A DNA stretch of 64,000 nucleotides, taken from Eukaryota sp. GEM-RC1. Lineage: Eukaryota. Position numbers and translations under genes: made by a program. Location: positions 1,922,001 through 1,986,000 of the forward strand of contig JAUFOQ010000003.1 of the NCBI GenBank assembly GCA_040285855.1, read 5' to 3'. The notes under the pieces are model-generated. The model saw only the letters and a program-made list of their open reading frames with translations, made no database searches and was not told where the DNA came from. Positions 23,212 to 36,836 of this stretch are shown here, one piece after another (positions within the stretch are counted from its first letter, which is position 1; each line of letters opens with the position of its first letter).

Positions 23212-24009
23212 ATGACATTCCCACCTTCATCAATAATAGCACAAGCTTTCCCCCGAGAAGTACTTCATCAACTTATTGCTGATGATTTACGAAAAGATGG
23301 TCGTAGGTTCATTGAACGTCGATCAGTAACTTCATCGAAAACCAACTGTCTTTCATATTCTGACGGTTCTGCTGTACTCAGACTCACTACAACTGCAGTA
23401 ATGGTGTCCATCCGATGCCAAGCCACACCCTCTTCAGATTCAGATCCTTGGTTTACACTGTCTGTCAACTACCCGGGAGTAGTTTGTGTACCAAGTAAAC
23501 CCGAAATCGAACCAGTCCTTACTTCCCTCCTCTCTTCGTACCCTCCTCTAAAGCCTTCCTCGATCGCTGAACCTCTACCTGACCACTCCTGGCATTTCCT
23601 CATTAATGTTACCTTTTTGGATATGGACGGTGCTGAACTGGATGCTGCAATTCATGCAGTCTCTTTAGCTTTTTCCACTTTATCTCTCCCAGTTCTAGCC
23701 TTACAAGATGGTGTTGTTGTCCGAACAGGTTCCTCACTGATATCTTCACTGGATAATTACCTATTCTGTGGTACATTTGCTTACTCTAACAGTCATTTGC
23801 TGGTAGATCCATGCGCTTTTGAAGTTGATAATGCTGAGTCAACCTTTTCTCTCGTGTTTGTTTCCCCAGTTCCTGTTTTTGACCTATCTGATGACGTGAT
23901 CAAAAGAGATAAAGAGTTATCCTTGGCTAAGTTGGAGTATTGGTCGGGAAGTTCTTTACCAGTATCTATTATTGACAAAGCGTGTGGGCTATTGAGAGAG
24001 TTTGTGTAA
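23212..24009 (+). CDS. RRP43: Exosome core RNase PH-like subunit, most like RRP43/EXOSC8
   Basis: FPREVLHQLIADDLRKDGRRF, DGSAVLRL, LDMDGAELDAA, LSLP and LLVDP. Confidence 0.72.
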   Translation: MTFPPSSIIAQAFPREVLHQLIADDLRKDGRRFIERRSVTSSKTNCLSYSDGSAVLRLTTTAVMVSIRCQATPSSDSDPWFTLSVNYPGVVCVPSKPEIEPVLTSLLSSYPPLKPSSIAEPLPDHSWHFLINVTFLDMDGAELDAAIHAVSLAFSTLSLPVLALQDGVVVRTGSSLISSLDNYLFCGTFAYSNSHLLVDPCAFEVDNAESTFSLVFVSPVPVFDLSDDVIKRDKELSLAKLEYWSGSSLPVSIIDKACGLLREFV

Positions 24010-25814
24010 ATGGAGTAGTTGATGTAGGATCTTCTTTTACTTTAATTCAGTTGGTATTCTGCCACGTGTTTCAGTTGTTAGAAGTTTAGTACTTTTAGAA
24101 TCAGTAAGTTGTTGGTATTTCATTTAGTTTTTTTTAAAAATAGGGAATAAGGGCAGTTATTGTTTTTGTCAATTGGAAACATATTATCTAACATTTTTTA
24201 TTGATTATAAAGTATCATGCTATATATCTAGAGTTTTTTCAAGAGCAAAAATTTGGACAAGCGAAATCCAAAGCAGTAATGATAAAAGATTAAACAATTT
24301 AGCCATATTAGATACTATGCTTTGCGTAATGTAACATATAGGAGTTTAACGCATTTTTATGTCATTAGGCAAGCAATAGTGTGCGCAATAAGTCTGTGCG
24401 TCGCAATGAACGACATGATTTGGACAATATATTAGTTTTGATCATGTTTCTTTGTATAACCACCAAGGGTTGTGAAATCAGTATTGAAGTTAAAGCAATG
24501 GAAACACATAATTGATTTCACAATGTATCTGCAAAACTATCAATGAAACGATCATTTTCTCAATTACAAACAGAACCACAGATTGTTCTTATGTGGAGTA
24601 GGTAATAACAGTTATTTCATACGCTCAGAGTAGCAGAAGATATAATCACTGTGGTGAAACGAATCGAATTGAATCGCAAAATGAAAGCACATCATGTACT
24701 AATATCTCTAATATTGGAGTTATAACGTGGTGCAAATGTAAGTACCTCCTGTCCACTGTTCGACTGCTCACAGCCACCCTGTCCTGAGATATATTTCTGT
24801 TGAATATCCCCAGCAGTCAGGTTTTTTAGGGTTTTTGCTGGGTCACTACTCACGTCTTGTTAAAATGCACAGAGAGTGGGACTTTGAAAATTGGACAACC
24901 TTGTTTATTGTTGCTATAATTTCAGCACTTAAGTCATCCATTTGGTTGCTGTTATATTCAGTTTTGCATCTATTCTGGAGTAAACAAGATGCGTTGTGGT
25001 TGTACTGTAGTTGTCATTTGAAGAACTTTCAATTTAATAAAAAACAATCTAAATCGAGGGCTATACTTCTTTGTATCCGCCAAATTGTCCACTGTTGGGC
25101 TTTTAAACTGCTGTAGTTAAACGTCTAAACGCAATGAAGAATTGGTATCCGAAAGTGTGTTTCAACACACTTTTTTAACCATTCCACAGATTGTAATTCC
25201 TCAAAAACATCAAGAGGATTGATTTATTTTCCATCATCAGACGAGTTTGTGGCAGCAATTTATTCTTCAAGAACAATTACTAGTACTTGCACTTGCACTT
25301 GCAATTCCAATTCATCTTCCAATAAAACATAGTTGCATATGGAATCATCAATGTCATCATCAAAAACATCTTCGTTCTCGAGATGATGTACATCAACACG
25401 AGACCTTTGATCATCACATATGTGCATACTTATACATCCATTGGTAGTTAATTAATGAGGTTCACGGAATCAATAGTGTTTCCTGTTTTCTAAAGTTGAC
25501 TTTAAATAAAATTGAAATTGCAGGCCTAGAGACCTATCCAATGTTGAGCGTGAGAGAGATTTCGGTCTTATCGACTCATCATGGTCAAGATATGACCAAT
25601 TGGTGTCTACGAGTAGTATGTTTCAAAAATAGGGACAACACGTAGAAATAGAGACAATTGAACAGTACATCTTCATCCAAAGATTGTTCTGGTCCCATTT
25701 TATCCATAAAAATACACAAAATATAGTATTAATTCAGTAAAAATAAATACAAAAAATACAGTAGTTATCAAGACTGAGAAAATACAAAAAAATACAGTAT
25801 TTGTATTTTTCAAG

Positions 25815-26414
25815 CAATGTGCGCGAATATTTGGTACGTACGGTACGGAACGGTACGTACCGATTTATTATATCCGTACTGATGTCATTTGATGTTATAA
25901 TAAGTACATTGTACTGTTTACGAATGATCTAAATGAATTTACAAATACAATTGTTTTAGTGGAGATTGAGAACCATTGCCTCGTCAAACACTGTACTATT
26001 ACAATTTGCTTCTGCATCTTCTAATCGTTTAGAAATACACTCTTTGGGCTTTTAGGCCCATTATCATTGTTATATGTCGTATCAGTCACTCGTTAAATGT
26101 ATTGTGAGTTGACGCCACTATGATTGTTGATTTCATGCGATTTGTATATACTATTGTCATTTTGGTACATTTGTGGTCAGCAATTGATGTACCCTAAATC
26201 TGAGTAAGTGTGACAATCGTGATCTTGATATCATGAACAATGTTTAACGGCAGAATGTATGACGGTGGTCACTGTTATAATCTCACATTGGATCATCATG
26301 TTCAAAAAAGTAATAATCTATTTTAGTCGGTCAAAAGTACAGTACCGGTACATGGACCATACGTACGGTACAGTACGCCTAAATCGCCGCGGTACGGAAA
26401 ATTTGCGTTCCTTG
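25815..26414. mobile_element. Older, inverted copy of the 11190..11719 hAT-MITE family
   Basis: Ends CAATGTGCGCGAAT and ATTTGCGTTCCTTG, the same CGTAC subterminal blocks and similar internal sequence. Degenerate TSD TTTTCAAG/TTTCCAAA. Confidence 0.75.
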
Positions 26415-26526
26415 TTTCCAAAGTATGGTTAAAACATCTTGATAAATGTATTTTGTAGATCAGTTAGAGGAGTGTTAGGAAATGAATTCCCCCTCAAAGT
26501 AACTTTCAGTTTTGTTCCATACAATG

Positions 26527-26596
26527 CCGTAAATTGATTTTTGATATTCTGTTTTACGATGTTACGGTGTAAACGTATCTCAAAATCAATTTACGG
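26527..26596. repeat. Inverted repeat with 15-bp perfect arms (CCGTAAATTGATTTT ... AAAATCAATTTACGG)
   Basis: Read directly; possibly a collapsed MITE. Confidence 0.7.
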
Positions 26597-26808
26597 TAAA
26601 TTCTAAGAAGACATCATCGTTGTGGTATACAACAGAAAAATACGTCATACAATGTATGTACTTGATGCACTTACAATTCCTGACATCATTTATGGTTTGG
26701 ATTCCTTTGAACAATACACAAAAGGTGCCAATATACTTGTTGGTAGTTTGTATTAGTTCCAGTCTTCTTATTGAATGAATGACGAATTAAAAAAAATAGT
26801 TCAAAAAT

Positions 26809-26881
26809 TACCTCCGCCTGGTCTCGATCCAGGGACCTTAAGGTTATGAGCCTCACACTCTTCCACCTGAGCTACGGAGGA
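26809..26881 (-). tRNA. tRNA-Met(CAT), initiator-like
   Basis: 73-nt cloverleaf TCCTCCG TA GCTC AGGTGGAA GAGT G TGAGG CTCATAA CCTTA AGGTC CCTGG ATCGAGA CCAGG CGGAGGT A, followed by a T5 Pol III terminator. Confidence 0.92.
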
Positions 26882-27526
26882 TACAAAAAACAAATGTTCT
26901 GAATGAAAATGGCCCGAAAACAGTTGATGGGAAATGATAATGAAGGTTTTGACTACTATTTCAAAATTTACCATAAAAATACCTGTCAAAAGTACCACCA
27001 AATAAATTTAGAGGCAAATACTAAGGGCGGTTTTTACGGCATTTGCTGATTTCCCCCAACTTCTTCGGTCCATCTGTCGATTATGGCGACATGAATGATT
27101 CGATGACTATAAAGAGTGGCTACCGGTAAAAAAAAACAGGATGTATGATCATAACTGCGAAATAAATTGTTTTAGAATAAATGTTATTTGTTAACAAGTT
27201 AAGCTGTTAAGCATAAGAAGATACTTATATCGTCTTCCATCACTTTACATTACTAGTTTTTTCGATGTCCATCAATTGATAGAATTGGAGATGTGCTTTG
27301 AATTTCGAGTAATAGTAATCAGATTTGAGACTCTATGTTCACCGTTTCCTGTGATATTCTCATTCACGTCAATAACATTTACCACTTTGGAGGACATCGA
27401 TCCGGTGAATCAAATGTCTTTCAGTACAACAAATGTGTATGTTATTTGATACAGTTACATTAAAACTACGACATTCAATTGTAATTAAAATGTTACATGA
27501 ATAATATCCAAATTAAGTACGGATTA

Positions 27527-30500
27527 CTACCTAGAATTTTCTGTATTATGACTTAAATTATCCATAATCAAACAAATTTGATAAAAAAATACGCAGACAC
27601 TACAGAAGTTAATCCCAGCATCATACGCTCAATAGAAGTAGATAAACAATATAGAAAAACTAAGACAACAGTTTGAATAATAAAATAGACCAAACTAGGG
27701 CAGAATTCTGAAAATAAGATGATGCAATAACCCACAAGTGAATAAAAATAGGGATGTGTACGTTGAATAAACAAAACAAAAGCGATAAACAAAAGTGAAT
27801 AAAAACAAAAACGAAGGACATAAAGTCCTGTTTTTCAACAGAAAAATGAGTCAAAATGAGTCCAAAAACGTAGTTAAGAGAAATGAAAGCAGCTCCCGTC
27901 AAAAAAGCACTATGACAAATTTTGAAAGATTTAAGTTTGAAATAATGAGTTAAAGCAAATCTTGAAACAAAAGAGAGTGTACAAATGAATAAAGCAAACA
28001 TTATCATTGACTTATCGTAATTAAACAACGAAGAAATAAATTCAAAAAAAATAAAACTGATAGACACTCTTTTGTAGCTAAAAACCGATAATGAGAACAG
28101 ACAAATATTCAAAATATTCGAATAATTAGAATGATTCTTCAGAATTTGTCCAGACCGGTAAAACGATAAAGATGATGTGGACAAACGTAAAGCTTGAGAC
28201 ATTACTTTTGATTGAAGAAGTTCAATGGAAAATCTATCAGACAAAAAAGGAGTAAAACAAAAAGTACCAAGAAAAGAATCTTGATCCATAAATGTTCTTG
28301 TCCAATACAGTAAACTCTACTGAAACCAGCATCTTCAGTACAGTATTGACACAAATCTCCATAAGCATGACGTGATCTGCAAGAATTCTCTTGACAATTG
28401 AACCAAAAACACACTCATCTAGTTCCCAAGTATCAGTATTTAATCTAAAACCAGGTTGAATTCCAGTTAAATTTCCAAATCCACATTCAGCTAAATGAGG
28501 ACAAGGTAAACATACATCTATAGAATCTAGAGTGTTTAAAGGACAAACACATTGGTCGAGACCACTGGAACCCTTTTGAAGAGTAATTCTAGGAAAAGGA
28601 CAAGATCTACATTCTGAATTAAATTCTAAACTTGAATAATAATTGAAAGTACATTCCACACAATCACCAACAAAATTATATTCCATTCCCTTTGGGCATA
28701 AACAACCATGACCAGAATTCAACTTAGGAAGGAGACAATCATTTGTAAATACATTGATAGTCTCTGAATGAGAGAAATACGAGAAAGTAATCGTCATTGA
28801 TTGTAGTGGAGGTCCAACTAATTCCAAACTGCTTCCATCAAAAATATTCAAAATATGTGAAGATGAAGCTAAATGCAATTTTAAATCTGACGTGGAAAGA
28901 TTTTTCGAATAATTACTGAATAGATTTTGAGAAGTTAATAAAACATTAACTTTCAATAAAGTACAAGAATTGTCAAAAGTAAATTGATTCGTACATTCAT
29001 CAGTAGAAAAATCCGACATTTCAAATACTTCATTGAAATATTGAAATATCGTTCCATTCCAATGGAATTGACCAAGATCATGAGTTACAGAAAAGTAATG
29101 GTTACCTAGATTAATCATATTGGAAACACTGAAAACCAACGAATCATTTAAAAAATAAAAATCTGAGAATTCAAATGTCGACATAACGACAGTAAACTCT
29201 CCAGTACAATCCACAATAAAATTCAAAAAATCTGAACACATAACAGGAACGGAAAAATTCAAATACATTGTATTGAATTGGATTTCTGTCGTTAGGAAAT
29301 GTACAGTAGTTGCTGCAGAAGAAGAGAATAAAAGTGAATGATCAACTGTAGACTGATAACAGTGGATTGAATACAGCTCAATGGGGAAAATAAGGATTGA
29401 CGACGACCAAAAAGTTGACATTTGAATAACAAAATGCTTAACGGCCAAAACTGAAGAAAAGAGCTGATTATTGAACCTAAAACGAACATCTTCATCAATT
29501 ACTTCACCTAATGAAGTAACACCTTTTCCAAAAGAGAAAGGTTCATAACAAGTATTAGATTTGTAACCATAAAACTCTATTTCTAGTAAGTAAAGATTTT
29601 CTAGAGCTATTAGAGTGATCTCAGAAGTTTTAGGTAATAACAGATCTAATTTACACATTGAAGCAAAAGAAAACCCACTAGTAATCAGCTCACAGGAAAT
29701 AAAAGAGAACATAGTTTGATTGTTGACCATCAGATCAAAATAGAGATCAGATTCGGTAGCACGGCAACTAGAGTTTGTAGTAATTACAACGTGATAGATA
29801 TCAAATTTAGATTGAAAGAGGAAAGAAGCAGATTCGAATTTGGACAGATATTCAGAACAATGAGAAACTTCTACATTACAACATCTTGAACCATCAAATA
29901 TTAAATTCTTCCTGAGATTTGAAATAACTTCTGAAGAATTGACCAAAGGATGACTGGAGAAGGTCTCAAAACATATTTCATCCAAAAATGCTTCCCCAGA
30001 GATTTCAATAGAATTCAACAGAAAAGTATTAAAATAAACATCAACAGTCACGTGTTGCCGATAAGTTTGAATTATCACGTTCTTACAAATCAATGCACCA
30101 TCAACAACATGGGCTGTGAAAAACTGGTTCTCTATAAAACAAGTCAGATTTGATATAATCTGACCTTGAAAACTAATAGAAACATCACGAGGTTGAAAAA
30201 CACTAACATAATCATTACTGTACAATTCCAAATTAAAGATCGTTATGGAACTAATAAACTGCTTTTCAAATCCAGGTTGAAACCAGAACAGATTTTGAAC
30301 AGACTCACCACTATACACTGGTAAAGAAGTGAGATTCAGTTCAAATCTGTAAGCAAAGAAGGAATCAGAATTCGAGATGAGCTCAACATGAGTGGGTTCA
30401 ATAATGGACTCATTGGTGAAAAAACTAGAGTTTAAATCAAACTCGGAGTAACTCTGAATGATTACGATTGAGCTCTCAGATGTCGTGATAACAGTTGGGC

Positions 30501-33500
30501 TTAGAATTTGAAATCGGGGAGCAACTTTAGAGACGATTGGAACTCTATAGATAAAATTGGAACTTTGATAAAAGAAAAAGAACTCAGGACTAATTGCACC
30601 AGGACCAAACGCAACAAAGGAAATCCTTGAAGAATTAACAAAATGATCTAAATGTATATCACAGTTGCCAGCACAACTTACTTCAAAATTATACGGAAGG
30701 AGGTTTAAATCAATTAAAAAAGATTGAACAAAGTTGGTTTGAAGTACGTCAGGAATATCATTAGTAAAAACAGAAGTAACATAACTAACAGTCATTGATT
30801 GAGAGATTCTGTGAAGAGTGACAAAAAGACTAAGATCTGTCAAATTTAAAATATTAACACCAGGTTTCACTGGAACAGTTTGATTTCCATGCGTTATGAA
30901 AAGATCAGAAATGACTTCAGTAAGAATGAATTCAATTCGGGAATTAAAAAACACAACTGGAGGGAAAATAAGATAGTTATTGGTTTCAAATGATAAATTG
31001 AAATGACACGTGTTAAGAAATGATGACCCCAATAAAACACAATTGCCTACTTCAGAAATCAAGACATTAAAATTTAAAAATGAATCATTGTAGGATAACA
31101 AGCTTGATTGACAATTTTCAAAATAGAAACTATTTAGAATCACATCAAAATGATAAAAAGCAATTCCGTTCGCTTCCACCAATATTTCAGTCGCCACTGG
31201 TAGATTGAACAACTGAATACTCTCAGGGGAAATAAAAGAAGGTTCAATAATAAAAGGTAAATTAAAAATGGGAAAACATCCAAAATGACCACAAATTTCC
31301 AAATCAGTAGGAATACCTGGATTAAATGAGATAAAAGCGATAACAACAGAATTAACAGTCGGCTGAAAATTTAAAATATGAATGATTTCAGGGTCCACTG
31401 ATTTAATGAAAGTGGCAACATAAGTAAAGTCTTGTAGATAACTATAAACTTCAATTACACAAGAAGAACCTGTAAAGCAGACAAAATCAGTATTACTAGC
31501 AACAAAAGATGTTACAGGAATGGAAATTAAAAAGTTTAATTCTCTGAAAAACTCCACATATATTACAAATTGAGTGACTCCATCCAAATCTCCAGTCTCA
31601 ATAGTCATATCATGAGCACTTTGAACTTCAACAGTGGAGGCACCAACTGAAAATTCAATAGATGAATTATAAAAACAATTTAACATTTTTGAAAAGTTTA
31701 CACCATTAAGAAGGATGATTCCACCAGAAGGAGAAAGAGGAACCGGTTGATAAGTCAAAAATGGGGGGCCAAAGGTGAGTTGGAAAGAATTACTCATTTG
31801 ATTTCCAATTACTAGGAAAATTTCAAAATTGTTGGATGTGATATGGCAGATGTACGGAATGGTGATAATCACTTCATCATGTGTGTAGTTTACAATAACA
31901 ACTTGGGGACGGTTTGCGATAATTGACAAATATTCAAAATTTGTAGAGAAATCTGATCCTTTTAAAATAAGTGACCCTGATAAAGGGAAAGGATTTGGAC
32001 TTATAGATTGAATATACGGTTGTCTAAAACAATAATTGAAGTGTACAACTTCTATATCAGTTGACCTGGATATACTCATGTCATGACATCCATGTCCTTC
32101 AAAAAACAAAATATTTAAAATTTCATGATCGTCTGGAGAGTATTCAAAACTTTGCTCGATAGCCGCAGTCGAATCAAGGATAATCACAGGAGCCAATCCC
32201 AGATTACTGGCAAACAGTGGGACAAAACCACCTCTAGTTGGAGGTTGGAGGCTGATAAATTCTATAGAGCAAATTGGGATGAACAACTCGTAGGAAAAAG
32301 CCATAAGGTCAATGATAAAACTAAATAAAACTAATGGTGATGAAAAGTTGAAAGATTCAGACTGCCCAACAATCAAGTTAAGAGAATTCGAATCATAGAT
32401 GTAATTGAAACTTTGACTATGTTTGACACCAATAGACATCACATTTGCCAGACCAAATATACCTTCCAAGTACAAGGAGACATGACACAAAGACGTGTTA
32501 CAGCAGTGTTTTGACGGAGAGAGAGAAACATTTGATGATAATTCGGCGAGATTTATAAGTGAGGTGGTTTCGGCAATTATTGTATCATCATCAACTTCTA
32601 CAATTTTAGAAATTATAGAATATTTTGAAAAAATCGTACAATTGGAATTAACCAGAGAAAGTGATGATAGGAACAGAAAACTATCTAAATGATCAAGAAC
32701 TAATAAGGAAGTGTCCAAAAATACACTATTTTTGAAAAGATCGTTTAAAACACATCCAGCAATTTCAGAATTTCGGAAGGTCAATTCTGATTCGATTACT
32801 ACTATGTCATGGACAGTATAATCAAGGGGTTGAAATTGGCAGGTAGTCTTTGATAAGCTGTTGAAGATTGTGTTTGAACGAGAAAGATACAAGAAAGTTA
32901 GGAAGTCGAAATTTCTAATAATTGTGTTTTTGAACTGAGTTACAGAGTCCAAAGAAGTGAAGAATGAATTGGAATGGACATCAAAAATTTCCAAGTTTTC
33001 AAAACTTGAAGTTGAATTGGAGAGGAACAGCAAGTTTTCGGAGAATCTGCAAAATTTTAATTCAACTGAGGACGTAACGATTTCACTAAATGATAAGGAT
33101 ACCAAAGAATTAAAAACGGAAGCAGATACATAGCAAGAATTTAGGGTCAAATTAGAATTACACCCAGCGAATAACGTGCTTCCAGTAGAATTCAGAATAG
33201 TAATATTGGAAATCGAAACTTTAGAATTCAATAGATAGATTAGGGACTTCAAGTTCGAATGGGAGATTGTAAGACCACTCAAAATAGATTGGCTACAGTT
33301 ATCCAAATAGAAGAGATCATGATCAACACCAAAGAAGGAAAGTTCCTTAACATAAATTCCACCTTCACAGATATTGAACCACAGTCCAAAGATGGAATCA
33401 GTGGATTCCAAAGATTTCAATGTTAAGATACTTTGATAACTGTCAAAGAGAAAACCCCCTGAACAATTGAAGAAATTTGAATACTTAGCAGTCAAGTGAG

Positions 33501-36500
33501 AAATATTGAGCTTAAACATTGAGGTAGTAAATATTCCAGTAAACAACGAGTTTGAGACAATCAAATTTGACGAATCCACATCAAAAAGAGAGGTGGCGAT
33601 ACAGGTGTCAAAAACTGAAGCAGACACTGTAACATTTGATCTCAGTACCGTAATCATACTGTGTGAAATTTGTCCATAAAATGAAGAATCAAAAATTGAA
33701 CTTCAGACGATACAATTTCAAATGAAAAAGAATACAATCTAGAAGAACAGACACTCAAACTGGAATTGATAAAAAATCCATCAACAGATAAGTGTCGAGA
33801 TTGAAAAGAAGAGGAATTGATAGAAACAACAGAATTCGAAATTTCAAAAGTACTTGAATGAGAGGTATTCACTACAACATTTATAAGAATAAATGATGAA
33901 TCATTGATCACGAATAGAGTCTCGCCAATTCCTTCAATAATCACGTCACCAAGACCAATCACTTCCCAATCAACGTCACTTACCTTTCCCAATCCTTGAT
34001 CAAAGAGTAACTTCCTTCGTGGAAATAAACCGTCCCTTTGCTTCCCATTCTTTCTAAAACCCCTCTAAAAGAAGCACAAGGACTGTTAATAGTTCCACAA
34101 CAAGTATCATCAAATCCAGTGGTAGAGATGTAAGAAACTTGGTTTAATTCAAGGATGTAATCATTAAAAGAAGCAAGAACAGATGACGTAGAGAAAGATA
34201 AAGAAATGATCGACTTACAATTGCTACGAATTTCATCAAAATGTCCAAATAATTGACCAGCTCGAATTAACTCAAAATCTGACCCAATTATAGCACGTGA
34301 TAGGATAACTTCAATTTCTAACATTCCCGAAAGATACACGTCATCAGCTATAGAAACTTGGTCCTCAAACGAGGATGACAGCAAGAATTTCAAATTTGAT
34401 GAACTTGACAGAGATAAACTTTTATAAAAGTCAAGATTATTTCTGGCAAATACTGTTCCATAATTTAAAACATTCGATTCAATTACTCCAGAACCAGAAA
34501 GCACTCGATGAACAACTAAATCTTGATCCAATAAAAGAGAAGTATTGAAAAGAAAGATATCGTGTTTAAAGTCAACGTCAATGTTCAAAATGGACACTGA
34601 ATTTTGAATTTTAACATCGGAGAAAAAGTGGAAGTATACTTCCAGTGGTTCCTCTGTGGTAAGAAGTAAGTCAACTAGAGTCACTTCTGAGTACAGTAAA
34701 ATATTTCCAAAAATGTCTATATTTCCACTTAAAATGGATTCAGAAGCTGAATCCTGAAGCAGAAAGACTAGCAGAAATTTTACCAGAGTTGATTTTTAAA
34801 TAATCAGTAACATTGACCCTTTGTTTGGTCAAGAGTTGACAATGAGAACAATCCAATGAGTTGAAAGCGATGTCATTAATTAAATTTGAGGAAAGACGAG
34901 AATAAGTTAAATCAACTAAATGGAGGGGAAAAAAGAGGGTCAAGTATTCAATCTGACTGTTGATTGCAATCAGAATGATAGACGACGAAACGACAACATC
35001 TTCTTCAAAATAGAGGTCACTGTTGTCTAAATGAAATTCAATTTCATTTGATGAAAACACTGTAAAATCTGTCAATTTTAATGAAGAAGAACTGGATATG
35101 ACTTCCCCAACATTTTCAAAGGAAACATTACCGGATATAAGAACTGAATTTTGTAATGAAATTTGACTCATGAACACGGTCATTGACATTAAACGCAACT
35201 CTGAATTATCCAAAACTAAAGTTCCATTCCCTTCGAACCCCGGAGGAACACCCGGGGACATTCTTTCATAAGCTATTGTTGCATCCCTGTTAGAACTCAC
35301 CACAAGAGTACGACTTCTATTGAAACCAGGAATCTCTCCAGGAACTCTTGTCACATCATTAGATCCAGTACGAGCTAGTCTTCCAATGTCACTTCGACCC
35401 CACGTCATCAAGAGCCCTTCTTCATCAACAGCAACTTTGTGATGAACAGCTGAAGATACAGACAAGATTGTTGTGTTTACCAGTGGTTCAATTGGAACCA
35501 ATGTGGTCTCTGTTGTTCCATCGCCAAGTTGTCCATAAGTATTCGACCCCCATGTCCACATTCTTTGGTCTTCATCAAGGGCAATAGCAGACCTAGCAAC
35601 GGTACTAATAAAAACAAATCGTCTACTAGAATCAAAGAACTGAGGGGTACTATAGAGATCACTGTTAGTGGTCAGCTGACCACAAAAAGCAGTAGTACCA
35701 TTCCTGTAGATCAGGTACGTGGTCACTCCCGAAGCAACAAACTCAACTGGAGGAATATCTTCGATTAGTGTCGGATGATCAACTGCTTTTCCATGTCCTA
35801 GGCAGAGACAAGCGTCGGGATTTCCTCCCCAAGAATACAGCTCGCCATTAGAACGTAAAGCAAACATAGAGTTTCTGGTCCCAGCAAGTTGTATGACGTC
35901 ATCAATATAATCATTAAGAACCGGAATAGCTTGACTGGAGGTAGATTTCGGAATTAATCCCAATTGAAACTCATTGTTTCGTCCCCAACAATAGAAAGTA
36001 CCATCCGCAACAACTGCAAAACTTGAGAATTGTCCAGCTTGGATTTGAAAAGCCTTTGGAATGTGAACCTGATTGAATAAATATGGATCAACGTGAGTCT
36101 GACCCCGTTGACTGTAGTAATTACTACCACAACTGTAAACGTCACCACTTGATAGGAGAACTAATGAATGACTGTACCCCATAGATACTTGCTGAACTGG
36201 AGAAGGGAGGAAAACTGATTGGGGATAATCTATATTGTAATGATCACCTGTGCCCAGTTTTCCACCACTGTTTATTCCCCAGACATGAACTTCGTTACTT
36301 CCTTGCAAGTCCGATGTTTCTAGCTCAATCCCAATTGAAAACTGAGTATTGTTCAAAATGAGAGTACTAGCTTCATCCAAGGAGAACAATCCATTATACC
36401 AAGAGATGTTTAAAGTAACAATCAAGCTGTGTGATACAAGGGAGAAATCTGAGCAATCCAGTATAAGAAGAGCTATAGAAGTATTGGAGAGCAAAGAAGA

Positions 36501-36836
36501 TGAATGACTCTGTAATGTTCCTCCATACGCTGTGAAGTAGTTCAGGACTGTAAGAGAGGCATTGTTAGTGAAGAGGAGGGTGATGTCATCAACAAGAGTG
36601 AGATTTGATATAATGACATGAGATTCAATGGAAACGGTTATGGGAGAGGATGGCGGTGTGAAGAGGACATTGGATAAGGAATGAGGAGACTGTGAGGTGT
36701 TCCAATTTGCAGTAGAGGACCAGTAACCATCTGTAAAGTGAATCCACTCAATATCCTCAAAAGAAATAGCATCACAAAGGTTGACTAACAGTAAGAAGGT
36801 CATCACCATCAAAGCAAGTAATTGGTTGAGAGCCAT
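27527..36836 (-). CDS. Giant (~3100 aa) cell-surface protein: signal peptide, RCC1 repeats, beta-helix-like repeats, IPT/TIG-like domains, Cys-rich ephrin-receptor-like repeats and a multi-TM C-terminus; split by about 7 indels
   Basis: WSSTANW motif; RCC1 repeats (VHVWGINSGGKLGTG, WGRNNEFQLGL, WGSNTYGQLGDG); CGTINSPCASFRGV; LILKGSDF and ILLNGVNF; CRSCPFPRITLQKGS..LDQCVC; hydrophobic C-terminal ORFs. Confidence 0.72.

Noticed and set aside
25152..25176. Hairpin plus T-run resembling a bacterial terminator
   Set aside because: Isolated 9-10 bp stem in AT-rich eukaryotic intergenic DNA with no upstream gene; may be chance.
13824..34742. Euplotes-like +1 programmed frameshifting at TTY-TGA (stops at 13824, 17034, 21336, 34740)
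   Set aside because: TTY-TGA arises by chance from common TCT/TTT-GAN codon pairs in the next frame. One case is explained by an intron. In the FAM135-like gene the conserved SLSGPHLG motif places the shift well before the stop.
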